NCBI GenBank assembly: GCA_043228905.1
Contig: JBHGNT010000010.1
Coordinates: 20,460,001 to 20,524,000 of the forward strand
Direction of reading: 5' to 3'
From: Azolla caroliniana
Taxonomy: Eukaryota > Plantae > Polypodiophyta
DNA length: 64,000 nt
The notes under the pieces were generated by a model, which was not told the DNA's origin, did no database searches, and was given only the letters and a program-made list of their open reading frames with translations. Positions 25,421-38,254 of this stretch are shown here, one piece after another (positions within the stretch are counted from its first letter, which is position 1; every line of letters begins with the position of its first letter). A program made the position numbers and the translations under genes.

Positions 25421-27040
25421 TTTATACGCTAATGGAGTTTTTTCTTCTCAGTTTGTAATTGAAAACTTAAACCAAGGACTACCTGTTCTAATATAAAAAT
25501 AAAGTATTCTAATAAGAATGAGCACATTCCTTACATTACTTAGCCCTTGTTTATTTTGATATGATAGCATCTAATTCTTGTTGCATCTTGCTGCATTTCT
25601 TTTTAGGTAATCATCATTTGGAGAACTTTGGCAGGATCATCCCTGGGTGAGGAATAAATTGATCATGTTCCTTGCCTGATTACCTTTAACTTTTGAGCAC
25701 TAAATTTGTTTTTTAAGTGCCAGATTCTTTCCCCCACACAATTAGGAAACCCAGCTCTCATTCTTCACATTATTTAGTTTGACCTTATAAGTCATGGTGC
25801 ATCATCTTATCATTGTAACTTTGACGTTATAAGTTATGTCAGCTTTTCCTTACAATATCACATGCTTCGTTTGATCTCTCCCAGGCCCACCATCTATCCA
25901 CCTCTTTCTAGGAAAAGTTCAATTGCTGCCCAGTTAGAAATGAAAGCCTTGCTGAAAACCCTCTTTATTACGAGCATTTACATAACTGTGTTACAAGGGG
26001 TTCAGGGTTCAGGGTTTAAGTAGCCTTATTAAGCTATTTGATGGTCAATTGAGCATGTAATTAACTATATTAGCATCATTGAGCTATTGGATGATTGACC
26101 CTGTAGTATTTATGGCAGCTAAGGGATTATTGATATATGATGGTCTAACTAACCTAGTGCATGGCTCTATTTTGTCAATAGACTAGAGTAGCCCCATTAA
26201 GCTATCAGAGGGCTGGTCCTGGTTAGGGTATACATTGATGGCCAATCATTCTCCGTGACGAACCTTTTCTATCTATGGACAACTTCCATAAAGTATGAGC
26301 TGGAGAGATGAGAAATCAAGGATACTACAGCCATGAGCAATCTTATAATGATAGAAACCCTAAACCCTTACAAGGATAACGAAGCCTCAAAATTATTTTT
26401 CGCAAATGTATACTTAGATGTAAATTTTTTTGTGTTGCATGGTTATATTTGGATTATAACAAAACTTTCATGTATGGATATCTGGCACAGCACATTAATC
26501 TGTGCTTGAATTGTTTCCAGAAAATGTAGGCATGCATGTGACTTGATTGCATTGTTTTGTTGCAGGTACATTATTTTGTTGTAAATCAACATCAAAGCTA
26601 TTATCAAGTTCTAGCAATTATCAGAAAAATGTATATATTGACAAATTCATTGTTCCCTGTTATTCATGTTCTTATAGAAAAATCCATGTTACCTTATATT
26701 TAGTTGACAACATACATAAATAACTGTATTGTTCCTATGTGAAATTGAATCTCCAGGCACCTTTTACGTCTACAAAGGATCCTTAACTATCCTTAATAAG
26801 TGCTATCTTTGAAAGTGTTCTATGCAAGTGTCTTCAAATGATGATACTAAATTATATATATCAACCATGGATGGAAACACAGCACTTCCCAATGTACATC
26901 ACCAGTTTGAAAGATAAGCTTATTCAAATTAGTCAATCTTCCTATATAATATGCACAAATGTTTGATTATTACAAAATTGGTTCTCCTGAGTAACATTGG
27001 CAATATTGCACAAACTTGATTTACAAATTACTATTTATAT

Positions 27041-30000
27041 TTATGGGATGGTTAATAAATGAAGGGCTTGTTTTAGAAATGATACAGCAGATGGTACATC
27101 ATCAAAGGCAAGGGCACTCACAGCCAGCTTTGAAATTTTATGTGCTTCAGCTATTTTTGCAGCTGAAGGCCTGAACATATTGCATTCAATGGGAATATGA
27201 TCATTGTCTGCCAGATCACCTTCGATGACATCATTTTCATTATAGACTCTGTCTGAATCCTCTTGCAAATCAAAGGAAGAGCTTGCCAGAGATACAGGCA
27301 AAACAACACTACGACTTGATGATTGATCTATCTCAACATCTAACAGATGAGATGCAGATACAGGATCAATATCATTCTTAGAAGAGGATGTGTCTTCTTC
27401 ATCTACTTCGATATCTGATTGATCAGATGTATATACACCATCAATATCATTTATTGATGAAGCTGCATCTTCCCATACTTCGTTCTCAGAATCGTCATTT
27501 GATGATTGCTCTGCCCTCACTTCTGATGCCTCTTTCACCAGTTCCTCTTCTGATGTCTTTTTATCTGGTAGCCCATCTCCAGGAGCCTGATAATAAGACA
27601 AAAAATCAGTACAATAAGCAGCATCAAAGAATAACTTTGATACAACAGATCCTACATGAACTACAACATTTCATACAAGACTTACTAAAGGAACTCAACT
27701 TGAGACAAAACAGGATAGAAATCGTGATACATGCAGATCCTTCAAACTCAAACAAGAGTTTGCACAAATTTTATGACAATTTGTTTAACATGCCCATTGC
27801 AAACACTATACAATCTGATGGAAAAACAGAAGTAAGCATCACTCTCTCTTTTCTGTTTGTGTATTCTCGAACACCTTATAGCACTAGCTCTGTGAATGGT
27901 AACCAGGGAACCCCAGGTGACAGGTATGATTATCAACACAATGAAAGTTTTAATGACCTTTATTAGAAACAAAACTTTCTTCCCCAGTGAGAGTCCTATT
28001 ACAGCACATATTTTCAAAATGCAAACATATGTTACTACATCTAGGGAAACTTTCGTGTTCAAGAATGACAAATGTGACTAGTATTTGAGACCAGCATACA
28101 TGGGACAACCAAATGCATCTCATCACAATGTTGTAGATCCTAAACAAAGATCCAAAATCATGATCCTACAATATCACTGGTTTTTGTTGTGCTTCTGATC
28201 ATCAAAATATATCAGAGTTTGTACAAGGTAAGAACTAAGTTATCCTTCATTAGCCATTGGACACTTTCATATGTCAAAAAAGGGAAAATCAACAGTTACT
28301 GCAAGATATATGCATAAACAATAAGTAAGCATTAAAAAAACTCGCACTGTAAGGGGAGTATTGAACCTAACACTTACAAAACTTCCAAAACCATACAAAA
28401 TGGAAAAATAAAGTACAATGACACCTCATGATTGGATAATTTCCCTTCATTCCAAGGAACTGAATCTGGTACAGACTTCCTTTGTCCAAGCACAGCTTTC
28501 CGTATTTCTGCTGCTCTCCATGCAGCATATTTCTGTTTTTGTTCAAGCTGTGCACATCGTGCATAACCAATGAGATAATTATCCACAAAAAAAGGAAGTG
28601 TACTTGAAATAGTGGGTGGGAGGGAGAACTTACATCAGACTGTATTTCACCAAAGCTATGAAGAATTTCAATAAATAAACTAGCTGCATAGAATGCCTTG
28701 GCAGTGTCTCTGAATGATGGAAAGATGTGTACTTAAACAAAACCACCTTTAAGAAACAATAACATAACTTTGAACTAACCCTGAGTTTTTCTTTATTTCC
28801 CCAATCGGCCCCTATCTTTTTATTATTTCCTCAAATGCCTTCAGTCAACCCTGCCTTGACCAATTATAAAATTATAGCTATGTGGGCATTGTATGATCAG
28901 TTCATCTTCATTTCCACATTTGGGGGTTGATCTGGATCACTGGGCAACTAATAAAAAAACTAGGGCCATTGGGAAAATAAGTAAATTCAGGGATTTTTCA
29001 GAAATTTCCCTTAATTTAAATTCTGTTGTCTCACATACAAATCAGCTCTTCCAGCTCTATCCTGCTTGTCAGCTTTCATGAACACATCCATTGCAAAATG
29101 AGAAACATAAAGTTTATCTTCGGTGCTCCGTTTACCAGAATCTTTATCCTGCATATTACTTCACATAAACACTTTGTAAACATTTGAATCTAAATCTTTT
29201 CAGAGTAGAAGTTGCCAAACTAACCAAGATACACCATGCTCTCACAAGACTTTTAAGTCTTCTGCGATGTACTAAATCTATATATCGTTTGTTATAGTTC
29301 CTAGGACATCCTACTGCATATGACCGATTCTCATTTTGATGTGACTATGTCTAAGTTGGCCAAACAATGAAAGGATCAAAAAGTAGTACACTACTTTTAT
29401 TTGAAAAATATGTCACGTACATAAATTTCTTTGTTAAAGCAAAAGCAGATGGCAGAAAACGATTATCAATCTAGAATTCAATTTATATTTGGTCATTTAC
29501 AAAATAAATTTTCTATTCAGTAATTTGCAACATTAGGTATTACATAGTTATGAAGCATCCCATATGCTTACATACAAAAGGAATATATAGCACATTCTCT
29601 CTTGTATCGTATGACATTGGTCAAACCGAACCTAGAAAGCATTCCCAAATAGCACTCTTGATGATTCAAGTTTTCAACATGCAGACTATATACTACAAAA
29701 TCAAACTGAGTTTGATGTGAATATATGAGCCTTTGCCTCTTATCAACCCTAGGCCCTAGGTATAGTGTCCAAATGTTACCTTTTCCAGTTGATGCACCAG
29801 CGAGAGTAGAATTTCATGAGTTGTTTTTGTGCGTTCCTCAAGGGGAATCTTTAGTCCGCGCTCCAATGCATAAAGCCTGCCTGCCAGCCACGGAAGAGAC
29901 TCAATAAAGAAAGCTATCAAGCAAGAATGCATTCAGATCGATATTATAGAAACCATATACATGCAAATCTCAGCATATACATATGAAAAATATATTCAAA

Positions 30001-33000
30001 AATTACACAAATACAATGAATGTTATCACATTCTTCCTTGTCAATAAAGTATTTGACATATATACATGAAAATCTCAGCATATGTGAGCTTGTAACACCA
30101 TGTCCAAATGTAAGAAATTAAAAATCCCGTGTGATGTGGTCATATAAGAAAAACAATGTTATTCTATCCTTTCCAGCACATTGCAAAATTACAGAGAAAA
30201 GATTGTACAAGCATTACATGATATGCAAAAGATACGTGAGTTTAAAAGGATAATGATTGTTTAAGGAAAATGCATTGAGATACCTGAGTATCTGTGGTTC
30301 ACAAATGACAGAATTCACAAACATTAACTTCGAAATAAATTGCGATTTTGGTGAAGAAATCCATTGGAAGGCATCCAAAATGAATTAGGATCCTTGTAGC
30401 AATATATACATATATTCTCGCATATCCTTTATTTCTCAATCTCATGGAATCGTAATGCTATGGTTCAGACACATCAGGTAAGATGTTCAGAACTAATGGA
30501 TTATGGATTAACCATATCTTTCAAAATGGAGACAAACACTATGGCACAGCATGCAGATTCCCATAACAATACTACTGCTCCAAGACATAGCCCAGCCTCT
30601 CTGCTTCTTATGCGAGCCATCTTATGGAGGGTATTGCTGAATGATTGTCAATGCATAATGATACCGATGCTTCTGTGGCTTGATGATAGCCTAAAACGTT
30701 AACTTGATCCAGAATATTTGCAGTAGATGCAATTCCAAAACAAATAACTAACTTGTTCATGAGTTACACAATTATGGTCTTATCCATCATCTTGTTGTAG
30801 AAAGGCAATTCCGCTTGATCTGCCATGGTAAAAGACTTGATTTTTTATTCTTCTTCTCTTACCCTGTCTGATTATCAACCGACAGAGTAAGATTCAAATC
30901 ATTCAGTCAGCGAAAATTGGGGTAAAGCTTCTTCACCCATTTAGAGGACGTGTAAAAGAGACTATTTCAATACACCCAGCATAGCTTCTCGTCAATGCTG
31001 ATTGAACAAGATATGACCAACTGTTTCTCATATATACACACAAAGGATAGACGCTTCTCTGGATTCTCTCATTTGATAATTACCCTAAGAATGCAAAGAG
31101 GTTCCTAAGGCTTTATACTGCGATTCAACAGGTAATTCAAGCATTTTTTAACTGATCATATGCAAATCATAAGTGTGAAGTCTAACGATAAAATGTCTCA
31201 TACATCCTATTCTGCAAGCAAGAGTTGGCCCTCTTTCCGGTATCATTCCTCTTAGCTTAGAAAATGATGGCTTACTCTTCAAAGGGGTGACTAAGAATAG
31301 TATGGAAAGGGTTAAAACATCGTAAAAGATATAAAAGACACTTTTTAACAGTCTTTTAAGATTCTTCTTGTCTTCTAGAGAACATGAGCTATAATCTAGC
31401 CCTTAAGCTTCCATCATTGTAACTTGTTAGAGTAGCTCTCTAATACCAACACACTTCATCTTTCCTTCAAACGGTTGAAGTGGCTGAAGAACCACGTAGG
31501 AGTCAACTCACAGCTGCCCAAGGTTGGCATTAGGATAGTCATCAGTTTTGGCTTCCTGAGCACAGTCAAGTGCACTGCACAACTAAAGTATGAGTAAGAG
31601 GGTACAAAAGCATTCAAAAGTATCTAGCCATATTGAGTGCCCATTTAAGGTTAAAAAAAAGGCATATTCATGAAGAAAACAATCTTCGGCTATCAAAAAG
31701 AGCAAATAAATGCCGTGTGGCAAGTCTTGCAGATTCTCACAATGAGTCTAGGGTGGTTTAGGGTTTAGGGTTTAGGGTTTAGGATGAGAATTATCATCGT
31801 ATGCAAGTAGTTAAAGATAAGGCAGGCTAAACCATAGTATAGAGAAACCTACAAATTTGATACGAATAAAAAGGTCAAATCAGGGAATGACTGCTACTTC
31901 CCTCTTCACCTTCAGCCCAGCTTAAATTTTCAGGAAAACTTTTAGAATGACCAGGAGAAACATTTGGAACAGAAGCAATCTTGGGCAGGAATCTGTTCAT
32001 AAATTGACCAAGGATGAAGTCATTTTCATAATTATCCAACCAGCTGCACGATGAGGTCAGCCTGTCTAGGGATGGATCTGGATCTGGATCTGGATACTAA
32101 GTTGTATCAGTCGAAGATAAACCACAGACCTCTTTGTGAAGCATACTCAGTAAACGATAGCTTGTACTGTATTATAGTAGAAATAAACTCAATAAGCAAG
32201 ACTAATTCGAGGAGTCATTAAAAATAGTTAAAAGAAATTGGAGAGATAATTATGCATTTTTGAACTGGCACCCTGATCACATAGCAAGAACTCTACGATG
32301 TATACTGCAATTTGACAGGTAGTAATTCATGCAATTTTTGAGCTTTCATACTGAAAAGGACTCTACTGAATAGACAAGGGACTTTTCATAGGGTTTAAGC
32401 TTGTCACAGTTTTTTCCATTCAGATACTCAGAAATTGAAACCATTCCAATGCTACCTTTAACATGCATGAATCAAACTAACAATTCATATAAGCATGCCG
32501 AAGATTGTTTCAATGAAGATGAATAACCCCCCAATTTATTGGTTATCTGAAAATAACTTCAATAATGTATATTGTATGAACAATCATGGATTCTTGGACA
32601 TTATATGATTTGGTGAGGCAAGATAACTCTACTAGTACATTACTCTAGGCAATTACCACTCACCCATTTTATTATAGTTCAATAATCTTGTGACATCTGG
32701 TCAATTACATTGGTTACAACTTACAACCATCAAAATGGAAGGGATCTTGTGCCGTAAGCTTATGGAATGACTCTTTGAAATCGTCGCCTAAGGATGGACA
32801 AAGACTATCTCGATGAAAGGTATATCCTTTAGTTTCAACACCTGACTCATAAGTTAACGTTTCTGGTCCTCGTGTGTAGGGGCAATAAATCTGGGATTGA
32901 AAGACCTAGGTGAAGAATTCATATTTATGAAGCAGAAATTTTCAGATACTCCTTCACAGTTTGAATTTCGTTTAACTGCTGTGTCACAGTATGTGCAACA

Positions 33001-34087
33001 TGCTTTATTTTTTGAGGAAAGCCCAAAGTAATGTTTTGCAAAAATTCCTTGATTACACATCATTGTGGTAGAACAACTGATTATTGATGCATCCGTGTTT
33101 TTGGAGACTATATATCAGCAAGCTAATGGAATGAAATAGAGAACAAATGTTTTACCCAGCCATACTATAAGCACTCTACAAAAAATGGAAAACAGCCCAA
33201 CGTAGATCTAAGTTCAAGTATTCATATTGGGAAAATTAGTAAATATCAGAGGCAGGTCCCCAGTCAATTGACAGAAGTTCAGATATTGAAAATAGAAGGT
33301 GACAATTGTCTCAATGAACTAGAAACAGAAGAAGATGTTGCTGTAAATGCCGCACACGTGAGTATATCAGACATGATTTTCAGAAATACCTACAAGGTTA
33401 TACTAGCTTTGAGTAACTCCTAATGAGAATGAAACCATCAGTGACAACAATATGAATGTTCTCTGCTCATCAATTCGACCACAGAACCAAACTCATCGAG
33501 AAATTAGGAAACAAGCTTCGTTTTTCATTGCCACTTTTAATTTAGTTTTTCTATATGTTCTACCAGTTTAAAATCCCCACCTACAGGACTGGGAGAGTTC
33601 TTTGTAGGGATTTTCTTGGTTGTATGGGTCATGTTGAATCACCCGAGAATATGAATATATCACCATCATCATCATCATCTCCCTTCCTTAATGTTCTGCT
33701 TAAGTCTCATTCTAAAATTTAATTCCATATTTATTATCTCTCTCTCTCTCTCTAGTTTCACTTCATCTGTGCAGTACAGTATAAACATATATGTATAAGA
33801 AATCATAGGATCCTCAATTTGTGCCTATCTAGGAGGTGTACAGCGATTACTATATACGAAGACTAAAATTCTCTCTCTTTCTCGACAACAGATGGAATTT
33901 TTAGTCAATCATGGAACGTCTCGTGTCTGTATATTGTCTGCAACATTCTCGTCAAGTTTTTGAAGTGCGTTAAAAAGCAGGAATGGAACTTACAGTAATA
34001 GGAGATGCGAGGCTTGAACTTCTCAACCTCTCGTGCGCGATGAAGGTAGGGGAGAAGGACCTTGGAAGGCTCCTGTTCATCCACCAT
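27041..34087 (-). CDS. LIP5: LIP5/VTA1-like protein (MIT domains plus C-terminal VSL); exons 33994-34087, 29780-29880, 29039-29148, 28634-28709, 28425-28547, 27041-27586
   Basis: Spliced product: MVDEQEPSKVLLPYLHRAREVEKFKPRISYYC|RLYALERGLKIP...QLEK|DK...FAMDVFMKADKQDRAGRADL|DTAKAFYAASLFIEIL..FGEIQSD|LEQKQKYAAWRAAEIRKA...; VSL region KIAEAHKISKLAVSALAFDDVPSAVSFLKQALHLLTIP*. Phases are consistent. Confidence 0.92.
30545..30826 (-). pseudogene. rpoC2: Nuclear plastid DNA (NUPT): 5' end of plastid rpoC2, 94 codons with 3 stops
   Basis: Translates MADQAELPFYNKMMDKTIIV*LMNKLVICFGIASTANILDQVNVLGYHQATEASVSLCIDNHSAIPSIRWLA*EAERLGYVLEQ*YCYGNLHAV. This is gaplessly colinear with the recalled RpoC2 N-terminus ([76 protein letters not shown]...HYGNVHAV). 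Confidence 0.92.
30970..31140 (-). pseudogene. rpoC1: NUPT: 3' end of plastid rpoC1
   Basis: Translates ELPVESQYKALGTSLHS*GNYQMRESREASILCVYI*ETVGHILFNQH*REAMLG, matching the recalled RpoC1 C-terminus (EVPIEVHYES...[23 protein letters not shown]). It sits just upstream of rpoC2, as in the plastid operon. Confidence 0.85.
31757..31783 (+). repeat. Interstitial telomere-type repeat (TTTAGGG)x3 plus TTTAGG
   Basis: Direct reading; plant telomere consensus. Confidence 0.9.
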
Positions 34088-34318
34088 GGCGAAGAATGGT
34101 GATGTCGTAGAGAGAGAGAGAAAGAGAGAGAGGAGACTGGATCAAAGAGTACGTCCCTCTCTGTTAACGACGTCCTTTCCCTTCTTCCATAGCCACATCA
34201 TTCACCTGTCTGCTGTCTGCTAGATCTTTCTGCTTCTGCATTTGCGTCTTCTTCGTCTTCTTCTTCAGCTTAATTTTAAGGAAGTAAGGCCTTTTACCGT
34301 ATGCATAATACATATATC

Positions 34319-34321
<3 letters not shown>

Positions 34322-34351
<30 letters not shown>

Positions 34352-34374
34352 TGTATGTATGTATGTATGTATAT
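34322..34374. repeat. (TATG)n microsatellite upstream of LIP5
   Basis: Direct reading. Confidence 0.95.
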
Positions 34375-34889
34375 GTACCATATGATATGATGAATGAATG
34401 AATGAGTGAATGAAGGAATGGTATGTGTGAAACCCTTTCCTTTTGTGCTTCCTGAAGAAGAAGAAGACTCTGGTGGTATCTCAGAAGTACCTCGTAACTC
34501 TCAATTGGCCCGGTAGTGATCACTCGTGAGGCAATCAATGCAACATAGTCATTTGCGGCAATGCAATAATGGAACCTTCGCCGTAATACCCCCCTTGCTT
34601 TATCTACACGATTATTAGATCCTGGAGTAGTAGAAAATTCAGTTCGCTCTCAACGGACACATTGTCTACTACACACCCACTCGGTCCACCAAGCTCGATG
34701 GGAAGTGCAAGAGTTTTAGGAGGTGCGTCGAGAGGAAACCCAAGCTCGTTGGAGATCCAAATGACACATTAAAGAATCTTTTTTGCATTATAGTTGGATG
34801 CAATAGACATGGAAAAGGGTTGGGAAGATGGGATACAACGCCCTTGCCTTGTGATCCATCAATAGACCTCAATGAATAGGGACTTTTTG

Positions 34890-35300
34890 CAACGCCAATG
34901 TATCATGACATGGGAAAAATGTGGAGGCTCACATTTCGCACATTATACTACATATGGTGCACCTAGCTATAGAACCATAATCTTCTTACTTGAATGGGGA
35001 GATCTTACATATCAATACATGTTAGAGGCTTTCCTATTGTCAACCATCCCATCCGAATGAGACATTGGGGCACATTTGATGTGAGTAATTGACTATGCAC
35101 ACTTTGATACAATGCTCTACCTTTGATCACATTCGACTATGCTTTCCACACATGTTTGACCAAACACAATTCCGACCTTCACAAGGTGCTCTCTCAATTG
35201 AGAATATATTTTTAAAGTTCTTGAACATCAAGTGTCACTAATCATTTTCACATGTATTACGTGAAATTGTTACATTTTTTGTCTCATAGGTCATATTTGA
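34890..35300. mobile_element. Dispersed repeat family A, copy 2
   Basis: Same-orientation similarity to 1826-2320. Confidence 0.7.
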
Positions 35301-36369
35301 CCTTGAGTCCAATCAAGGACCAAGCATACATCTTCATTTTGATAGAATTGTGTCTCCTTATGGAGATTGTTTGTCAAAGGGCCAAAATCATTGTATACCT
35401 TGTTGACTGCGAGCTCGACAAGAATGGTTGTCAAGCACTTTCTCGTCACTAACCTCACATATCTAGACCTAATAGATGCTTCTTTGTCTCTCTCAAAGGG
35501 ATGCCCTCACTAAGAAACTAATCGCTAATATTAAGGCTTAAGCATGTGCTATATAGCGCAAGTGAGGAGAATACGGGTAAATAGGCCACCCACACATCCA
35601 TTAATTAGGATAACCACAATCATACACTTTAGAGAAAAAGATTATGGTTTGGTTGTCAATGTGCATGTAATACTCATTTCTCAAGAGTATGAGAGGGATG
35701 GCTCTAAGTTAAGACTTTGTAAAGAATCGGTGATGATTCTATGCAGCAGAAGAACTCTGTGTGTGTGTGTGTGTGTGTGTGGAGAGAGAGAGAGAGAACT
35801 CGAGCGTTACAAAAAAACGGTATTAACAAGAAGCAAGCATAAGCCAACAATTACAAAGAGAAGGAGAAGGTGCTTATGTAGTCACCTTCTCTCTAGGTTC
35901 TCTCTCTCACTAGAGTTGCCTCTTGGGAAAGAGGTTGAGTCTTAACTACTTAAAGAATGTGTCATAGGATATTAACTTCTATGACACACTCACTAGTTAC
36001 TATACAAGGAGGTGGGGTGGTCACACACTTGAGTATCCTAGAGTGTGTTCCCACACAGCAAGTTGAGTTTGATTCTCAACAATCTTAAAAGAGATACCAA
36101 GACGATTTAGAAGAAGGCTACAAGTGATATTTATAGTCTATTGCAAAATTATTAACCCCTTTCGCACTAGGATCGGCATAAGTCTTAAGCTCTAGAATTA
36201 TTTCTTTTGTGTTCTCTTCTCTTGGGCTCACACTTGCAATTTTGGTATCAACGTCGATATTCTCAATCATGCTAAATTCGTCAGGTTACAAGTACTTAAC
36301 AGACCTCCAAAGACAATAATAAAATCTATCCATCTTCCTTTACATGGGTAATGGGACATGTTAAATCAC

Positions 36370-36570
36370 CAATAAACAATATCAACGCTCCATTGAGGGA
36401 AGATATTTGATTTGCTCTAATATAGAAATTTGCCACATCAATACTCCCCTTAGCTTTTGTAGATATGCTCTAACTCCCTACATGCCATCCAATAAAAAGT
36501 ATTATGCATATCCCAATTATGATGCAATCCCCAATATCTCAAAAAGAGGAAAATGATCTCATTTTGAGAT
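36370..36570 (-). mobile_element. Dispersed repeat family B, copy 2 (inverted)
   Basis: The reverse complement contains gagatattggggattgcatcataattgggatatgcataa...ggggagtattgatgtg. Confidence 0.7.
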
Positions 36571-38254
36571 ATGTAATTTGTGAAACACCCATTGTTCTTG
36601 TTGTCAACAAATTTTACTTGCCAAATCTGAGAAATGTAACCCCAAATTTGACAAGAAATCATACACTGTATGGAACTATATATACTTTGGTTGACTTTAG
36701 TGCAAATTGTGTATATCAAGATAATTTGATTGCAACAACTACAATCCTCAAGAGAACATTGTTGCAATAATAAGCCCTCTTTGAATAATTGTTATACTTC
36801 CCATCCATGAATCACCTCTTAGAATATAAGAAAGTTATAACGGTGTCCTTGTGTTGATCTTCTTGGTAGTTGTTTGTGGCAAATAGAGCTTTTACCAAAG
36901 AGTAGATGCAAGTGATTTTAGTATAGTGTCAATATTAGCTTCCCCTAAGCATGTTGTTGCGATGTGGGAAGCTCACAAGTGGAAATACGTTAAACTTAAG
37001 AGTCTTAAAATATTGAAAGGTAGGGCAAAAGTACGACAAATGGAAATGGGAGATGACGAGGATAGCTCAATCGTTAAGAGCTACCCTATAAATGGAAAGG
37101 TTAATGGTTTGAGTCTTGTTTGGGCTGTGAGAGGTCAAGTGAACATCAACAAGATAAGTGAGAGGAATTTGAATGGATTGACAAGGAGATCGAATATGTT
37201 CCGTGCTTTCTTTTATAATTTCTTCTCCATGACTTCAATCTACTCCATGTAATGGGGTCAAGCATAACTCATTTGTATCTCAACTATTACGAGAACCTTC
37301 GGTGTATTCAAGAATTTTGATATATAATATATTTTTCGGTGAATCATCCATGTATTATGATTTGTAATTGAATATGGATTGTAATGGATTTTTCGGAGCT
37401 TGATAGTTCATTCTTAGAAATATGAACTATCATTCTAGCTTTAGAATCCAAGGTTGAGCCCTCAATTCCAAGCACTTTATTTTTCCTTTCACTCCTATGG
37501 TGGGCAGATCCTCATCAGGGCCTCAATGGAACTACCAAGCACCCCGATGGTTGCTTCCGGTTTCCAACAATGTCTAGGTGCTGTAAATCTGTATAGATAT
37601 GGTACAAATTATTAGGTTATTGGAGTTGTTTGGATACGTTTGTTGAAAATGAGGTGGGGACTATGTCCACTTTGGTGGGAAGGCCAAAGTGAGGGCTGGT
37701 GAGAAGAACTTTGGGTGTTCTATGATGTAATTTTGTTTGCTAACTAATGCGAAGTAGTGTTTTTTTGGAAAAAAAAAAAAACTTAAACTTTAGACCCTAC
37801 CCACATAAACTAAACCTTCCCATTTCGATGAATGCCCTCCTATTTCCAACAAATATTCACTCATACAAGCATACCTAGACTTTCACACTTAAATACTCAC
37901 ACATTGAGCCATACTAAAAACACATAAATTTTTATATTTATATTTATTCAGACCCTAAATTCACACGTATGAACCCTCACACCTTGATACAAGTTAAGCA
38001 ATTATGAAACACATCATTCCATTTGTCTATGTGTGTATAAACTTACATTAGTAATTACATACTTTTATTGCTCTTTGAACGGTGAATACGCACACATGTA
38101 ATATATCAATATAATTAAAACTACTTGCCACCTCATATATCCTTGCCAAACACAAATTTACAAAGGAAGCAAAAGTAGATTCGAGGTTTGGAGATGACAG
38201 GCCAAACCCATTCCTTCCTCTCTAGTTCAAGTCCTTTGTGGACCCGCTCACAAC

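Noticed and set aside
27388-27966. 192-aa plus-strand ORF
   Set aside because: Antisense to the LIP5 last exon and intron, no recognisable domain, starts at a non-ATG codon.
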